Assembly (NCBI GenBank): GCA_026016245.1
Contig: CP061211.1
Span: 270,001 to 302,000 of the forward strand
Length of the DNA stretch: 32,000 bases
Source of the DNA: Candidatus Pacearchaeota archaeon
GTDB taxonomy: Archaea; Nanobdellota; Nanobdellia; Pacearchaeales; UBA284
Direction: 5' to 3'
Below, piece after piece: positions 15,788 through 24,210 of the stretch (within the stretch, counting starts at the first letter, position 1; each line of letters begins with the position of its first letter). The notes under the pieces were generated by a model. It saw only the letters and a list, made by a program, of their open reading frames with translations, made no database searches and was not told the origin of the DNA. Position numbers and translations under genes: made by a program.

Positions 15788-16333
15788 ATGGATAAAAAGC
15801 GAAGTAAGATGAATAAAAAAGCTCAATTTTTCATTATTTTTGCAGTAATTCTTGGGATAATAATTCTAAGCCTGGCAACAATATTCAATACAATAATAAA
15901 GACTGGAAGAGAAGAAACAGCTCCTAAGAAATTTGCTCTGATGTGTAAAAATTACAAAGAGGAGGTTTTCAGAGTCAGTGAACATGCAATAAACACAAGC
16001 AACAAGAGTGGGGAAGCTGGCTTGATTCTTGATTTCACTAAAGAATTTATGAGTTATGCAGAAAAAACTGATCCTAATTTTGGCCTTGTTTATGTTTATG
16101 GTAATAATAATTATGTAAATATTTTGGATGCAACAGATTATGAAATTGTTGTTGAGGATTATGATAATTGGCAGTCATTAAATGGTTATAGATTTATAGA
16201 GATTATTGGACCAGTAGATAAAATAATTTTATCAAGTGAGAAAGTTAATAAACAATATGAAATTGACAATAATGAAAAGTTTTGGTTTATAGCCTTGACA
16301 GAAAAAGATGGTGAAGAATATGTTTGTGAATAA
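15788..16333 (+). CDS. Archaeal type IV pilin-like protein (class III signal peptide), paralogue 1
   Basis: MNKKA|QFFIIFAVILGIIILSLATIF has a basic residue plus Ala at -2/-1 followed by a hydrophobic helix. The alternative start at 15809 gives a short leader. The C-terminus ...EEYVCE is shared with paralogue 3. TATA TTTATAAA lies at 15751-15758. Confidence 0.7.
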   Translation: MDKKRSKMNKKAQFFIIFAVILGIIILSLATIFNTIIKTGREETAPKKFALMCKNYKEEVFRVSEHAINTSNKSGEAGLILDFTKEFMSYAEKTDPNFGLVYVYGNNNYVNILDATDYEIVVEDYDNWQSLNGYRFIEIIGPVDKIILSSEKVNKQYEIDNNEKFWFIALTEKDGEEYVCE

Positions 16334-16841
16334 AAAAGAAAATAAGAAAGGCATTAGTATCCTTGTTTCTTATGTTCTGCTCATCACCTTAGCTATAGCT
16401 CTTGCAGCAGCCACATATACATTCTTGAGAACCTATGCAGAAAAACCACTCCCAGAAGAAGGCTGTCCTGAAGGAACTAACATAGTTATTGAAAATTATA
16501 CTTGTGAAGATGATGGAATCAATATAACAATAAAAAATCGTGGTTTGTTTAATGTTACAGGAGTTTTTATTAAAATTGGTAATGAAACAGACAGTGAATT
16601 TTTATATGATTTTTTAGAGATAAGTCCTGACTGTACAGGCAAACCAAGATGTGTTATTTGTGACAGAGATCCTTGTTTTGCCCCTAATGAAGAATTTTAT
16701 CCAGAAAGTCCTTTTAGTTATTCATCTTTTAATAAAATAACAAGAATAGTGGTTATTCCATATAGGGCAGGAGAGCCTTATGCCACTCTATGCAAGAATG
16801 CTATCGCTAGTCTAGATATCCCAGAGGGAGCATGTGAATAA
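16320..16841 (+). CDS. Archaeal type IV pilin-like protein, paralogue 2 (Cys-rich)
   Basis: MFVNKKENKKG|ISILVSYVLLITLAIALAAA. The start is taken at the ATG at 16320, whereas the track starts at 16308, and it overlaps the upstream gene. The C-terminus is ...PEGACE and there are multiple Cys residues in the globular part. Confidence 0.7.
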   Translation: MFVNKKENKKGISILVSYVLLITLAIALAAATYTFLRTYAEKPLPEEGCPEGTNIVIENYTCEDDGINITIKNRGLFNVTGVFIKIGNETDSEFLYDFLEISPDCTGKPRCVICDRDPCFAPNEEFYPESPFSYSSFNKITRIVVIPYRAGEPYATLCKNAIASLDIPEGACE

Positions 16842-16881
16842 TTTGGATAAAATATTTAAATCCAAAAATCAACTAAGTAAT

Positions 16882-17322
16882 ATGAGGAAAAAAGATAAAA
16901 AAGGAATTTCTCCAGTTGTTGCAACTGTCCTGCTTATAGTTGTCGCAATAGCACTTTTTTTGCTTATTTTTATGTGGCTTCGTGGTTTTCAAAAGGAAGC
17001 TATAACAAAAGATGGCACACCAATAGAATTAGTATGTAATGAAATCAATTTTGATATTTCTTATAATAGTGTTATAGAAACATTACAAGTAGTTAATATG
17101 GGGGATTATCCTATTCATAGAGCAGAGATTTATCGTGTGACTGAAACAAGTACAACTAAATTGGGGGATATTTCTGGAATAACTCCTGGTACAACTGGAA
17201 TAATAAGTGGAATAGCATGTATGGAACAAATAAAAGTTATTCCTGTTTTGCTTGGAATAACTAAATCTGGAGCTCAAGAAGAATATGTTTGTGAAAACCA
17301 AGCACAAACCATTTCATGTTAA
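16882..17322 (+). CDS. Archaeal type IV pilin-like protein, paralogue 3
   Basis: MRKKDKKG|ISPVVATVLLIVVAIALFLLIF is the classic archaeal pilin/archaellin-type N-terminus. The start is moved from 16834 to the ATG at 16882. The C-terminus is ...EEYVCENQAQTISC. Confidence 0.75.
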   Translation: MRKKDKKGISPVVATVLLIVVAIALFLLIFMWLRGFQKEAITKDGTPIELVCNEINFDISYNSVIETLQVVNMGDYPIHRAEIYRVTETSTTKLGDISGITPGTTGIISGIACMEQIKVIPVLLGITKSGAQEEYVCENQAQTISC

Positions 17323-17347
17323 AAAATTATACTAAAAGAGGTAAAAA

Positions 17348-17830
17348 ATGAAAAATAAAAAAGGAATTGAACCTGTGATTGCAACAGTTTTGCTTATAGT
17401 GATCACAATTGTTGTTGTGGCTTTAGTTATTGCTTTTGTAGTGCCTTTTGTACAAGAACAAATGAAGGGAGCAGAATTGTGTTATGGGGCTAGAGTTGAA
17501 ATCAAAGAAGCTTGTTTCAATTACACAGATAGTCATTTAGTAATAAGGATTGGTCGTGGAGCAGAAGATTTTGAACTTGTAGGTATTGTAGTACAAGCCT
17601 CAGTAGCAGAAGTAACCAAAACCCATATTCTGAAAGAAGATACAGATTATGGAGATGGGCTACCAAAAGTTTTAGAGGAGATCCAATATAAAATACCTTT
17701 AACTGCATTTGATATTGCAGACAATATAAATATAACTTCAGTTGCAATTTCTCCAGTAGTTAAGAGTGGAGTTACAGAAAAAACTTGTGAGATTACTTCA
17801 CAGATGACTATCAGTATATGTCCTGAGTAA
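17348..17830 (+). CDS. Archaeal type IV pilin-like protein, paralogue 4
   Basis: MKNKKG|IEPVIATVLLIVITIVVVALVIAF. A GAGGT Shine-Dalgarno-like motif lies about 8 nt upstream. The C-terminus is ...EKTCEITSQMTISICPE. Confidence 0.8.
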   Translation: MKNKKGIEPVIATVLLIVITIVVVALVIAFVVPFVQEQMKGAELCYGARVEIKEACFNYTDSHLVIRIGRGAEDFELVGIVVQASVAEVTKTHILKEDTDYGDGLPKVLEEIQYKIPLTAFDIADNINITSVAISPVVKSGVTEKTCEITSQMTISICPE

Positions 17831-17837
17831 ATAGAAA

Positions 17838-18350
17838 ATGAAAAAACAAGCAGTAGTTTGGGTTTCTACAGTTCTTTATATTTTAATTAGTCTGGCTATC
17901 CTTGGTATTGTGTTAGCAGCTGTACAGCCAAGGATTAAAGCAGCAAGAGATAAGGCAGCTATAGACCAGACAGTAAACATGTTGAATGAGCTTGATCAAA
18001 AGATAATTGAAGTGGATAGTTCAGCAGAAGGAAATGTCAGATCAATAAGCTTGCAGCTGAAAAGAGGTATTCTTATAATTGATAAGGATGAAGATGAAAT
18101 AAAATGGACTCTTGAAGACTCCTCCTATAAATATAGTGAGCCAGGAACAACAATCATCATTGGTAGAATCAAAGCTCTCACAGAAGAAGTCCCAGGAGGT
18201 TTTAATGTTACTTTAACTTTGGATTATCAAAATAATCTAAACATAACTTCTAGCTTGGTATTGCAGCCTGCTGAAATTCCATACAAAGTTTTTATGAAAA
18301 ATGAGGGTTTGTATGAAAAACTTAATCAGATTAAAATTTATTCTACTTAA
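17838..18350 (+). CDS. Archaeal type IV pilin-like protein, paralogue 5 (no Cys)
   Basis: MKKQA|VVWVSTVLYILISLAILGIVLAAV is a class-III-like signal. It is the last gene of the five-gene tandem. Confidence 0.65.
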   Translation: MKKQAVVWVSTVLYILISLAILGIVLAAVQPRIKAARDKAAIDQTVNMLNELDQKIIEVDSSAEGNVRSISLQLKRGILIIDKDEDEIKWTLEDSSYKYSEPGTTIIIGRIKALTEEVPGGFNVTLTLDYQNNLNITSSLVLQPAEIPYKVFMKNEGLYEKLNQIKIYST

Positions 18351-18358
18351 TAAGAAAA

Positions 18359-18366
18359 TTTAAATA
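18359..18366 (+). promoter_or_regulatory. TATA-like box for serS
   Basis: TTTAAATA is centred about 27 nt upstream of the ATG at 18389. Confidence 0.45.
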
Positions 18367-18388
18367 TAGTTCATTACTTTTTTTATCT

Positions 18389-19693
18389 ATGCTTGATCCA
18401 AAGTTTATTCGAGAAAACTCAAAAGAGGTAAAAGAAGCCATAAAAAACAGGCAGCTTGATCCTAAACTTGTTGATGCTTTTATTCAAAAAGATAAAAAAT
18501 ATAGAGAGCTAAAACAGAAAGTTGATAATTTAAGATATCAGCGTAATAAGATTTCTGAGGATATTAATCGGCTAAAGAAGTTAAAAAAAGAGAGTGAAGT
18601 AAGGAAAAAAATAAAGGAAGCCAAAGAAATTCCTAATAAAATCAAGAAGATAGAGGATGAAATAAGAAGATTCGAACCAAATATAAGAAATTTACTTCTT
18701 ACAATTCCTAATATGCCAGCAAAAGATGTTCCTATAGGTAAAAGTGAGAAAGATAACAAAATAATCAAAAAATATAGTAAGATACAAAAATTCAAATTTA
18801 AAGTTAAAGGCCATGAAGAACTTGCCACAAATTTTGATTTGCTTGATATTGAAAGAGCTGCAAAAGTTTCAGGAGCCCGCTTTTATTACCTGAAAAATGA
18901 GGCTGTGATTCTTGACCACGCTTTACAAAGATTTGCCCTAGATTTTATGAAAAAGAAAGGCTATCAACTTATAGAGCCTCCCTTTATGTTAAAAAAAAGA
19001 CCTTATGAAGGGGTTGCTCATCTAGAAACTTTCGGGGAAATGCTGTATAAAATTCAAGATGAAGATCTTTATTTAATAGCAACAGCAGAACATCCTCTTG
19101 CTGTTTATCACATGAATGAAGTTTTAAATAATAAAAACCTTCCAATAAAGTTTGCTGGGATTAGTCCTTGTTTTAGAAAAGAAGCAGGAAGTCATGGTAG
19201 AGATACTAAAGGAATTTTCAGAGTTCATCAATTTAACAAAGTAGAGCAATTTATATTTTGCAAGCCAGAAGAGAGCAAAAGATTACATAAAGAACTTTTG
19301 AAAAATATGGAAGAAATTTATAAGGCATTAAAAATTCCTTATAGAATTGTTGAAATGTGTACAAGTGAGTTGGGAAAATTAGCTGCAAAACAATATGATA
19401 TAGAAGCCTGGTTCCCTGCTCAACAAAATTATAGGGAGATCACTTCTTGTTCTAACTGTACAGATTATCAAGCAAGAAGATTAAATATAAGATTTTTTGA
19501 TGAAAACGGAGAGAGAAAATTTGTTCATACACTAAATGCAACAGCCATACCAACACAAAGAACAATAGCTACAATCCTAGAAAATTATCAGCAGAAAGAT
19601 GGCAGCATTAAGATTCCTAATGTTCTACAAAAATATTGTGGATTTAAAATAATAAAAGGTAAATCAAAAAAGAAAATAAAGAAAAAGAAGTGA
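18389..19693 (+). CDS. serS: Seryl-tRNA synthetase
   Basis: N-terminal coiled-coil arm (MLDPKFIRENSKEVKEAIKNR...). Class II motifs are FYYLKNEAVILDHALQRFALDF, ISPCFRKEAGSHGRDTKGIFRVHQFNKVE and HTLNATAIPTQRTIATILENYQ. The tail is polybasic. Confidence 0.95.
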   Translation: MLDPKFIRENSKEVKEAIKNRQLDPKLVDAFIQKDKKYRELKQKVDNLRYQRNKISEDINRLKKLKKESEVRKKIKEAKEIPNKIKKIEDEIRRFEPNIRNLLLTIPNMPAKDVPIGKSEKDNKIIKKYSKIQKFKFKVKGHEELATNFDLLDIERAAKVSGARFYYLKNEAVILDHALQRFALDFMKKKGYQLIEPPFMLKKRPYEGVAHLETFGEMLYKIQDEDLYLIATAEHPLAVYHMNEVLNNKNLPIKFAGISPCFRKEAGSHGRDTKGIFRVHQFNKVEQFIFCKPEESKRLHKELLKNMEEIYKALKIPYRIVEMCTSELGKLAAKQYDIEAWFPAQQNYREITSCSNCTDYQARRLNIRFFDENGERKFVHTLNATAIPTQRTIATILENYQQKDGSIKIPNVLQKYCGFKIIKGKSKKKIKKKK

Positions 19694-19695
19694 AA

Positions 19696-19702
19696 GGAGG
19701 TG
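19696..19702 (+). promoter_or_regulatory. Shine-Dalgarno-like site
   Basis: GGAGGTG lies 4 nt upstream of the ATG at 19707, and that gene starts 13 nt after the serS stop. This fits internal-operon translation initiation. Confidence 0.45.
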
Positions 19703-19706
19703 TGAA

Positions 19707-20111
19707 ATGAAAAAATCTACAGCTGAATTATGGGTGAAGATTATTGCTATTCTTGGATTTATTGGAGCAGTATTAGCAGTTATCGCTGGAATTGCTATGT
19801 TAATAGGTGGAAGCTTCTTGCCAGCTATTTTTCCTTACTTTGAACAAGAAGCATGGGGAGGAGTAATTGTTGGCGGTGTTTTAGTATTTGTTGGAATATT
19901 AATCATGGCATTCGGAGTTTTTGAGTTTATTGTGGCTCTAAATCTTTGGCAACATAAGAATTGGGCAAGAATAATAATGATGATATTTGCAGTTTTAGGA
20001 ATAATTTCTGGATTAATAGCTCTACCAGGAGGAATAGTAAGCTTAGTGATTTATGGGGGAATCTTCTATCTGCTTGTCTTGAACAAGGATATCATAAAAC
20101 TTTTCCGTTAA
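19707..20111 (+). CDS. Small integral membrane protein (about 4 TM helices), function unknown
   Basis: Four long hydrophobic, Gly-rich segments, a strong Shine-Dalgarno-like site, and T-rich tracts downstream. Confidence 0.5.
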   Translation: MKKSTAELWVKIIAILGFIGAVLAVIAGIAMLIGGSFLPAIFPYFEQEAWGGVIVGGVLVFVGILIMAFGVFEFIVALNLWQHKNWARIIMMIFAVLGIISGLIALPGGIVSLVIYGGIFYLLVLNKDIIKLFR

Positions 20112-20231
20112 ATCTTTGTTTTTTATTTTTTAATTTTTCTTTTTATTTTCCTATTTTAATTCTTTATTATTACTATTCCTAAATGACTAAAATTCGGACA
20201 TTTTAAATATCCCCATTTCTTACTATATAAA

Positions 20232-21647
20232 ATGGCAAATAAGAATCCAAGGCTAAAAGAATTTAATGATTTATGTAGGAATGTAGCACAGTATTATGCT
20301 AAGAAAGATCTTTACAAATATTTAGATCTTTCCTTAGATTTAATTGGTTTTAAAGATAAAAAAAAGCCAGAACTTCTTGAACAGCTTCTTAAGGATAAAG
20401 AGATTAAAAAAGAAGCAAAAATCTGGGGGACAGTTCATGAAGCATATGAATTAGGCTGTGATATTTTTGAAATTGAGGTAAAAGAATACAAGGAATCAAA
20501 AGAAGAAAAAGTAATAGAAAAAGAGATTCCTAAACCAAAAATTTCAGTTCCTGCTCTTGTTAAGACAAAATCCTTAATACCAGCAGTTCTAAGATCAGTA
20601 ATAAAAAAACCAAAGCCAATAATATATGCTAAAAAACCTAAGCAACCTAAACCAAAACCTATTGTTGAAAAAGTAGAGCTGAAAAAAGAATACATAAAGC
20701 CTGAGCCTATAAAAGCAGAACCAATAAAAGAAAGAAAAAAGACTAAGGTAAATCCTTGGAATATTGGCATTCCTATTGGTATTGCTGCCACATCTTGCCT
20801 TATGGCATTCTTGTATTTAAGCAGCCAGATAAAAAATATAGAAGCTAATATTTATAATAAGAAACTTGAGTGTTTAGATACAATAACTTCTCAGTTAGAT
20901 AATTTTAATATAGGCAGATCAGTATATCATGAATTAACTCATGATTCCTTAATTGAAGGAGAAAGTAAGGTTTCTTTAGCAAAACTTGTGAGTTATGATA
21001 AAGGAGATGAAAATATAAAAGAGAAACTTGAATCAATTCAGCTAAATCTTGATCCTGGAAATCCTCTTGGTGAAGATGGATATATAATAACAAGTGGATA
21101 TTTTGCTGTAAGGCACACTGGAGGTCCTGGCAGCACTAAAACAAGACTTCATAATGCTCTTGATATGGTCGCAAAAAAAGGAAAAGTAAAACATGAACTT
21201 TATCATATAGGTTGTGGGGGTAATGTAACAAGAGCAGGATATAATAGAAATTTATGGCAATATGGGAATCTAGTAGAAGTGTTAACTGATGATGGATATT
21301 ATATGAGGTTTGGCCATCTTTCAAAAATTTCAGTAAAAGTTGGGGAAAGAGTAGAGGTTGGAGAGCTTATAGGTTTTATGGGAAATACAGGAAGATGTTC
21401 AATAAGCGAGAAAACAGGAAAAAAAGCAATACATCTACATCTAGAAACTTTCTACAGAGGAAAAAGTGGTGAAAAAATATTATTCAATCCAATAAAATTT
21501 CTCAGAAAGGGTCATTTTGGGAAAGCTAAGAATGGGATTAATAAAGTGAAACAATTTATCACACAATCTTTTCCATCTCCTCCAAGCCAAGAAAAATCTT
21601 CTTATGATGCTGATTTTATCATGTTCCGAGAAATAGAATATGATTAG
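20232..21647 (+). CDS. Membrane-anchored M23 (LytM-type) metallopeptidase domain protein
   Basis: The C-terminal domain has HNALD (H-x3-D), GYYMRFGHLSKISVKVGERVEVGELIGFMGNTG and AIHLHLE (H-x-H). There is a single TM segment (WNIGIPIGIAATSCLMAFLYL). A Lys/Pro-rich linker (KPKPIIYAKKPKQPKPKP...KPEPIKAEPIKE) lies between the N-terminal soluble region and the TM. Confidence 0.8.
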   Translation: MANKNPRLKEFNDLCRNVAQYYAKKDLYKYLDLSLDLIGFKDKKKPELLEQLLKDKEIKKEAKIWGTVHEAYELGCDIFEIEVKEYKESKEEKVIEKEIPKPKISVPALVKTKSLIPAVLRSVIKKPKPIIYAKKPKQPKPKPIVEKVELKKEYIKPEPIKAEPIKERKKTKVNPWNIGIPIGIAATSCLMAFLYLSSQIKNIEANIYNKKLECLDTITSQLDNFNIGRSVYHELTHDSLIEGESKVSLAKLVSYDKGDENIKEKLESIQLNLDPGNPLGEDGYIITSGYFAVRHTGGPGSTKTRLHNALDMVAKKGKVKHELYHIGCGGNVTRAGYNRNLWQYGNLVEVLTDDGYYMRFGHLSKISVKVGERVEVGELIGFMGNTGRCSISEKTGKKAIHLHLETFYRGKSGEKILFNPIKFLRKGHFGKAKNGINKVKQFITQSFPSPPSQEKSSYDADFIMFREIEYD

Positions 21648-21691
21648 AATTCTTCAAGAAGTTTTTTAAATTAAATTATCTTATTCTTATC

Positions 21692-22381
21692 ATGACTAAA
21701 AAAATAAAGAAGAAAAAAACAAAGACAAGGAAAAAGAAATTAAAAAAAGGGGAAGAGAAAAAAGAAAAACATTTCAAGATTCTAGCTATTGGTGATTTAC
21801 ATGGAGATAGTAGACAAGCTTCAAAATTAGCAAAAAAAGCAAAAAAGCAAAAAGTTGATCTTATCATTCTTTCTGGGGATCTTACATTTGCTGAATCTAG
21901 TATTGATTATCTCGTAGGGCCTTTTGCAAAAAGAAAACTTGATGTTTTAATAATTCCTGGAAATCATGAAACTCTTGCAACAGCAAATTTTTTAGAAAAA
22001 ATTTATAGCCCTCAAGTAAAGAATATCCATGGAAAAGGTCTTAAAAAAGAAGATATAGGAATTTTTGGTGCTGGAGGCGCAAACATAGGACTTTTTCAGT
22101 TAAGTGAGAAGGAAATTTATGATACATTACAAAGAGGATTCAAAAAAGTTAAAAATGTAAAAAAGAAAATAATGATTACTCATGTTCATCCTTCAAAAAC
22201 TTTAATGGCGAAACTTTCTCACTTTGTTCCAGGATCTGAGGGAGTAAGAAAAGCCATCCTAAAATTTAAACCTGACTTGGCCATCTGTAGCCATGTTCAT
22301 GAAGCTGAAGGTATTGAAGAGAAAATTGGAAAAACAAAAGTAATAAATGTCGGAAGAAAAGGCAAGATAATTGTGGTTTAG
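21692..22381 (+). CDS. Calcineurin-like metallophosphoesterase with polybasic N-terminal extension
   Basis: ILAIGDLHGD, LSGDLT, IPGNHE, ITHVHP and ICSHVHE are the standard metallophosphoesterase metal-binding motifs. The first ~28 aa are almost all Lys (MTKKIKKKKTKTRKKKLKKGEEKKEK). Confidence 0.85.
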   Translation: MTKKIKKKKTKTRKKKLKKGEEKKEKHFKILAIGDLHGDSRQASKLAKKAKKQKVDLIILSGDLTFAESSIDYLVGPFAKRKLDVLIIPGNHETLATANFLEKIYSPQVKNIHGKGLKKEDIGIFGAGGANIGLFQLSEKEIYDTLQRGFKKVKNVKKKIMITHVHPSKTLMAKLSHFVPGSEGVRKAILKFKPDLAICSHVHEAEGIEEKIGKTKVINVGRKGKIIVV

Positions 22382-22382
22382 A

Positions 22383-22823
22383 ATGAGAAAGAAAAGAATA
22401 CCAAAACAATTAGGAATAGTAAGAGCAGTAATAGCATCTGGTCCAGTAATTCTAAAAAACAAAAAGATATTAGTTGTGTTGGATGATAAAGATCCTTTTT
22501 TAAAATTCCCTGGTGGAAGAATTCATTACAAAGAAGATTTGAAAAAAACTTGTTTGAGAAGAACCAAAGAGGAAATTGGAGTCAATATTGAGATTATTAG
22601 GCCATTAGATCCAATGCTTTTATGGAAAAAACCACACACAGGAGAAAAAATTCCTGTTGTTCTTATACATTGGCTTTCAAAACTTAAACCAAAACAGATT
22701 CCAAGAAAAGGTAAGCTTCCTCGAAAAATCTTTTGGATTGATTCTAAATATAAAGGTCATAAGTTAGCACCAAATGTTCAATATTTTCTAAAAAACCTGA
22801 AAAAAGAGAAGAAAATTAACTGA
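22383..22823 (+). CDS. Nudix hydrolase (variant Nudix box)
   Basis: FPGGRIHYKEDLKKTCLRRTKEEIGV follows G-x5-E-x7-R-x-x2-E-E-x-G, with Arg in place of the usual RE Glu. The start is taken at the ATG at 22383, one nt after the upstream TAG. The track ORF begins at a TTG at 22371. Confidence 0.65.
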   Translation: MRKKRIPKQLGIVRAVIASGPVILKNKKILVVLDDKDPFLKFPGGRIHYKEDLKKTCLRRTKEEIGVNIEIIRPLDPMLLWKKPHTGEKIPVVLIHWLSKLKPKQIPRKGKLPRKIFWIDSKYKGHKLAPNVQYFLKNLKKEKKIN

Positions 22824-24168
22824 GATATTTAACCATATAATGTCCTTCTAATTTATAACCAAGCTTTCTGTAATATTCACGAACACCTACCCCACTAATA
22901 ATAAAAATTTTCTTGTAGCTATATTCAGAAGCAATTTTTTCAGCTTCATCCATCAACCACTTTCCTAAACCGGTGTGTTGAGCTTTTCCTCTTGCTCTTT
23001 TACCAATTTTAAGAGCAGGGCCATAAACATGAAGCTCTCTAACAAGCAATATTTCTGATTTATCGGGAATTCTCAATCTAATGAGGCCAAAAATAATATC
23101 ATCTTTATTTATTATTTCAATAAAAAGTTCTTTTCCTTTAGACGCCTTATATTCTATCTTATTTAATTTAAGATCTTTTTTAATTTCTTTTTTCTTAAGT
23201 AAAGCAAAACCTATTTCTCTACATCTAATACAATTACATTTCAAACCTAGAACTTCCATTTTGTCATGGATAACTTTTCTAAGATCAATTCTTATTGTTC
23301 CTGCAACAAGAAAATCAGGAGGAATTTCTCTCATCACTCTCATAATTCTACAATATCTTGGAACAATTTGTTTGAATTCTATAATTAATTTGATTAATTG
23401 TTCTTTTGTGTAAGGTTTATATTTTCCTCTCTCATATAATCTTTCAAGCTCTGCTCCTTTGATAACTTGTGTTGGATAAATTTTTAATTGGTCAGGTTTA
23501 AAATCAGAATTTAAGAATAATTCTCTAAACATTCTGATATCTTTTTTAAAATTACTTCCAGGCAAACCAGGCATTATATGATAACCAATTTTAAAGCCAG
23601 CATTTTTCAGTCTGCGAGTTGCCTCAATTACATCTCTAACTGTATGGCCTCTGCAAACTTTCTTATAGATTTTATCATCTGGAGCCTGAACACCAAGCTC
23701 AACTCTTGTACAGCCAAATTCTAACATTTTCTCTATATCTTTTTTAGAACAAAAATCTGGCCTTGTTTCTATGCACAAAGCAACGCACCTATGCTCTGCT
23801 TTCTCATTAAGCTTTTTTGCTTGCTCTAGTGTTTTACTTATTTTGCCATTAAAAGCATCATAACATGCTTTGATGAAATTATATTGGTAGTTTTTAGGAT
23901 AAGCAGGAAATGTTCCACCCATTATAATAAGTTCAATCTTGTCAGTAGGATGTTTCATTGCTTGAAATGCTTTTAATCTAGCAAGAGTCTGTTTGTGAGG
24001 ATCATAATTTAACAACATAGCGCACATAATTGCTGGACTTTTGGGGGTATAAGATTGAGGAACAGCCAGAGTAGGACAGTAAAGACAGGTTCCGTGAGGG
24101 CATTTTCTAGGTTTAATAACTACTGCTAATGGTGTTACTCCAGATATTGTTTTTGTTGGTTTTCTCAC
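22816..24168 (-). CDS. elp3: Elp3-like radical SAM / GNAT protein (tRNA wobble-uridine cm5U synthase homologue)
   Basis: SGVTPLAVVIKPRKCPHGTCLYCP is the Elp3-type Cys cluster. It is followed by a TIM-barrel radical-SAM body and a C-terminal GNAT region (AQHTGLGKWLMDEAEKIA...ISGVGVREYYRKLGY). The start appears to be GTG. Confidence 0.85.
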   Translation of the reverse strand: MRKPTKTISGVTPLAVVIKPRKCPHGTCLYCPTLAVPQSYTPKSPAIMCAMLLNYDPHKQTLARLKAFQAMKHPTDKIELIIMGGTFPAYPKNYQYNFIKACYDAFNGKISKTLEQAKKLNEKAEHRCVALCIETRPDFCSKKDIEKMLEFGCTRVELGVQAPDDKIYKKVCRGHTVRDVIEATRRLKNAGFKIGYHIMPGLPGSNFKKDIRMFRELFLNSDFKPDQLKIYPTQVIKGAELERLYERGKYKPYTKEQLIKLIIEFKQIVPRYCRIMRVMREIPPDFLVAGTIRIDLRKVIHDKMEVLGLKCNCIRCREIGFALLKKKEIKKDLKLNKIEYKASKGKELFIEIINKDDIIFGLIRLRIPDKSEILLVRELHVYGPALKIGKRARGKAQHTGLGKWLMDEAEKIASEYSYKKIFIISGVGVREYYRKLGYKLEGHYMVKYLS

Positions 24169-24210
24169 AATAAGGGAAGAAATTTAAATCTTAAAAAGCT
24201 TCTTGATTAT

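Noticed and set aside
24182-24189. Palindromic ATTTAAAT as a single shared bidirectional TATA box for elp3 and the methyltransferase
   Set aside because: The spacing fits the plus-strand methyltransferase (about 26 nt) but is only about 17 nt from the elp3 GTG. The minus-strand element CTTTTTAAG (24191-24200 region) fits elp3 better, so a single shared box is not supported.
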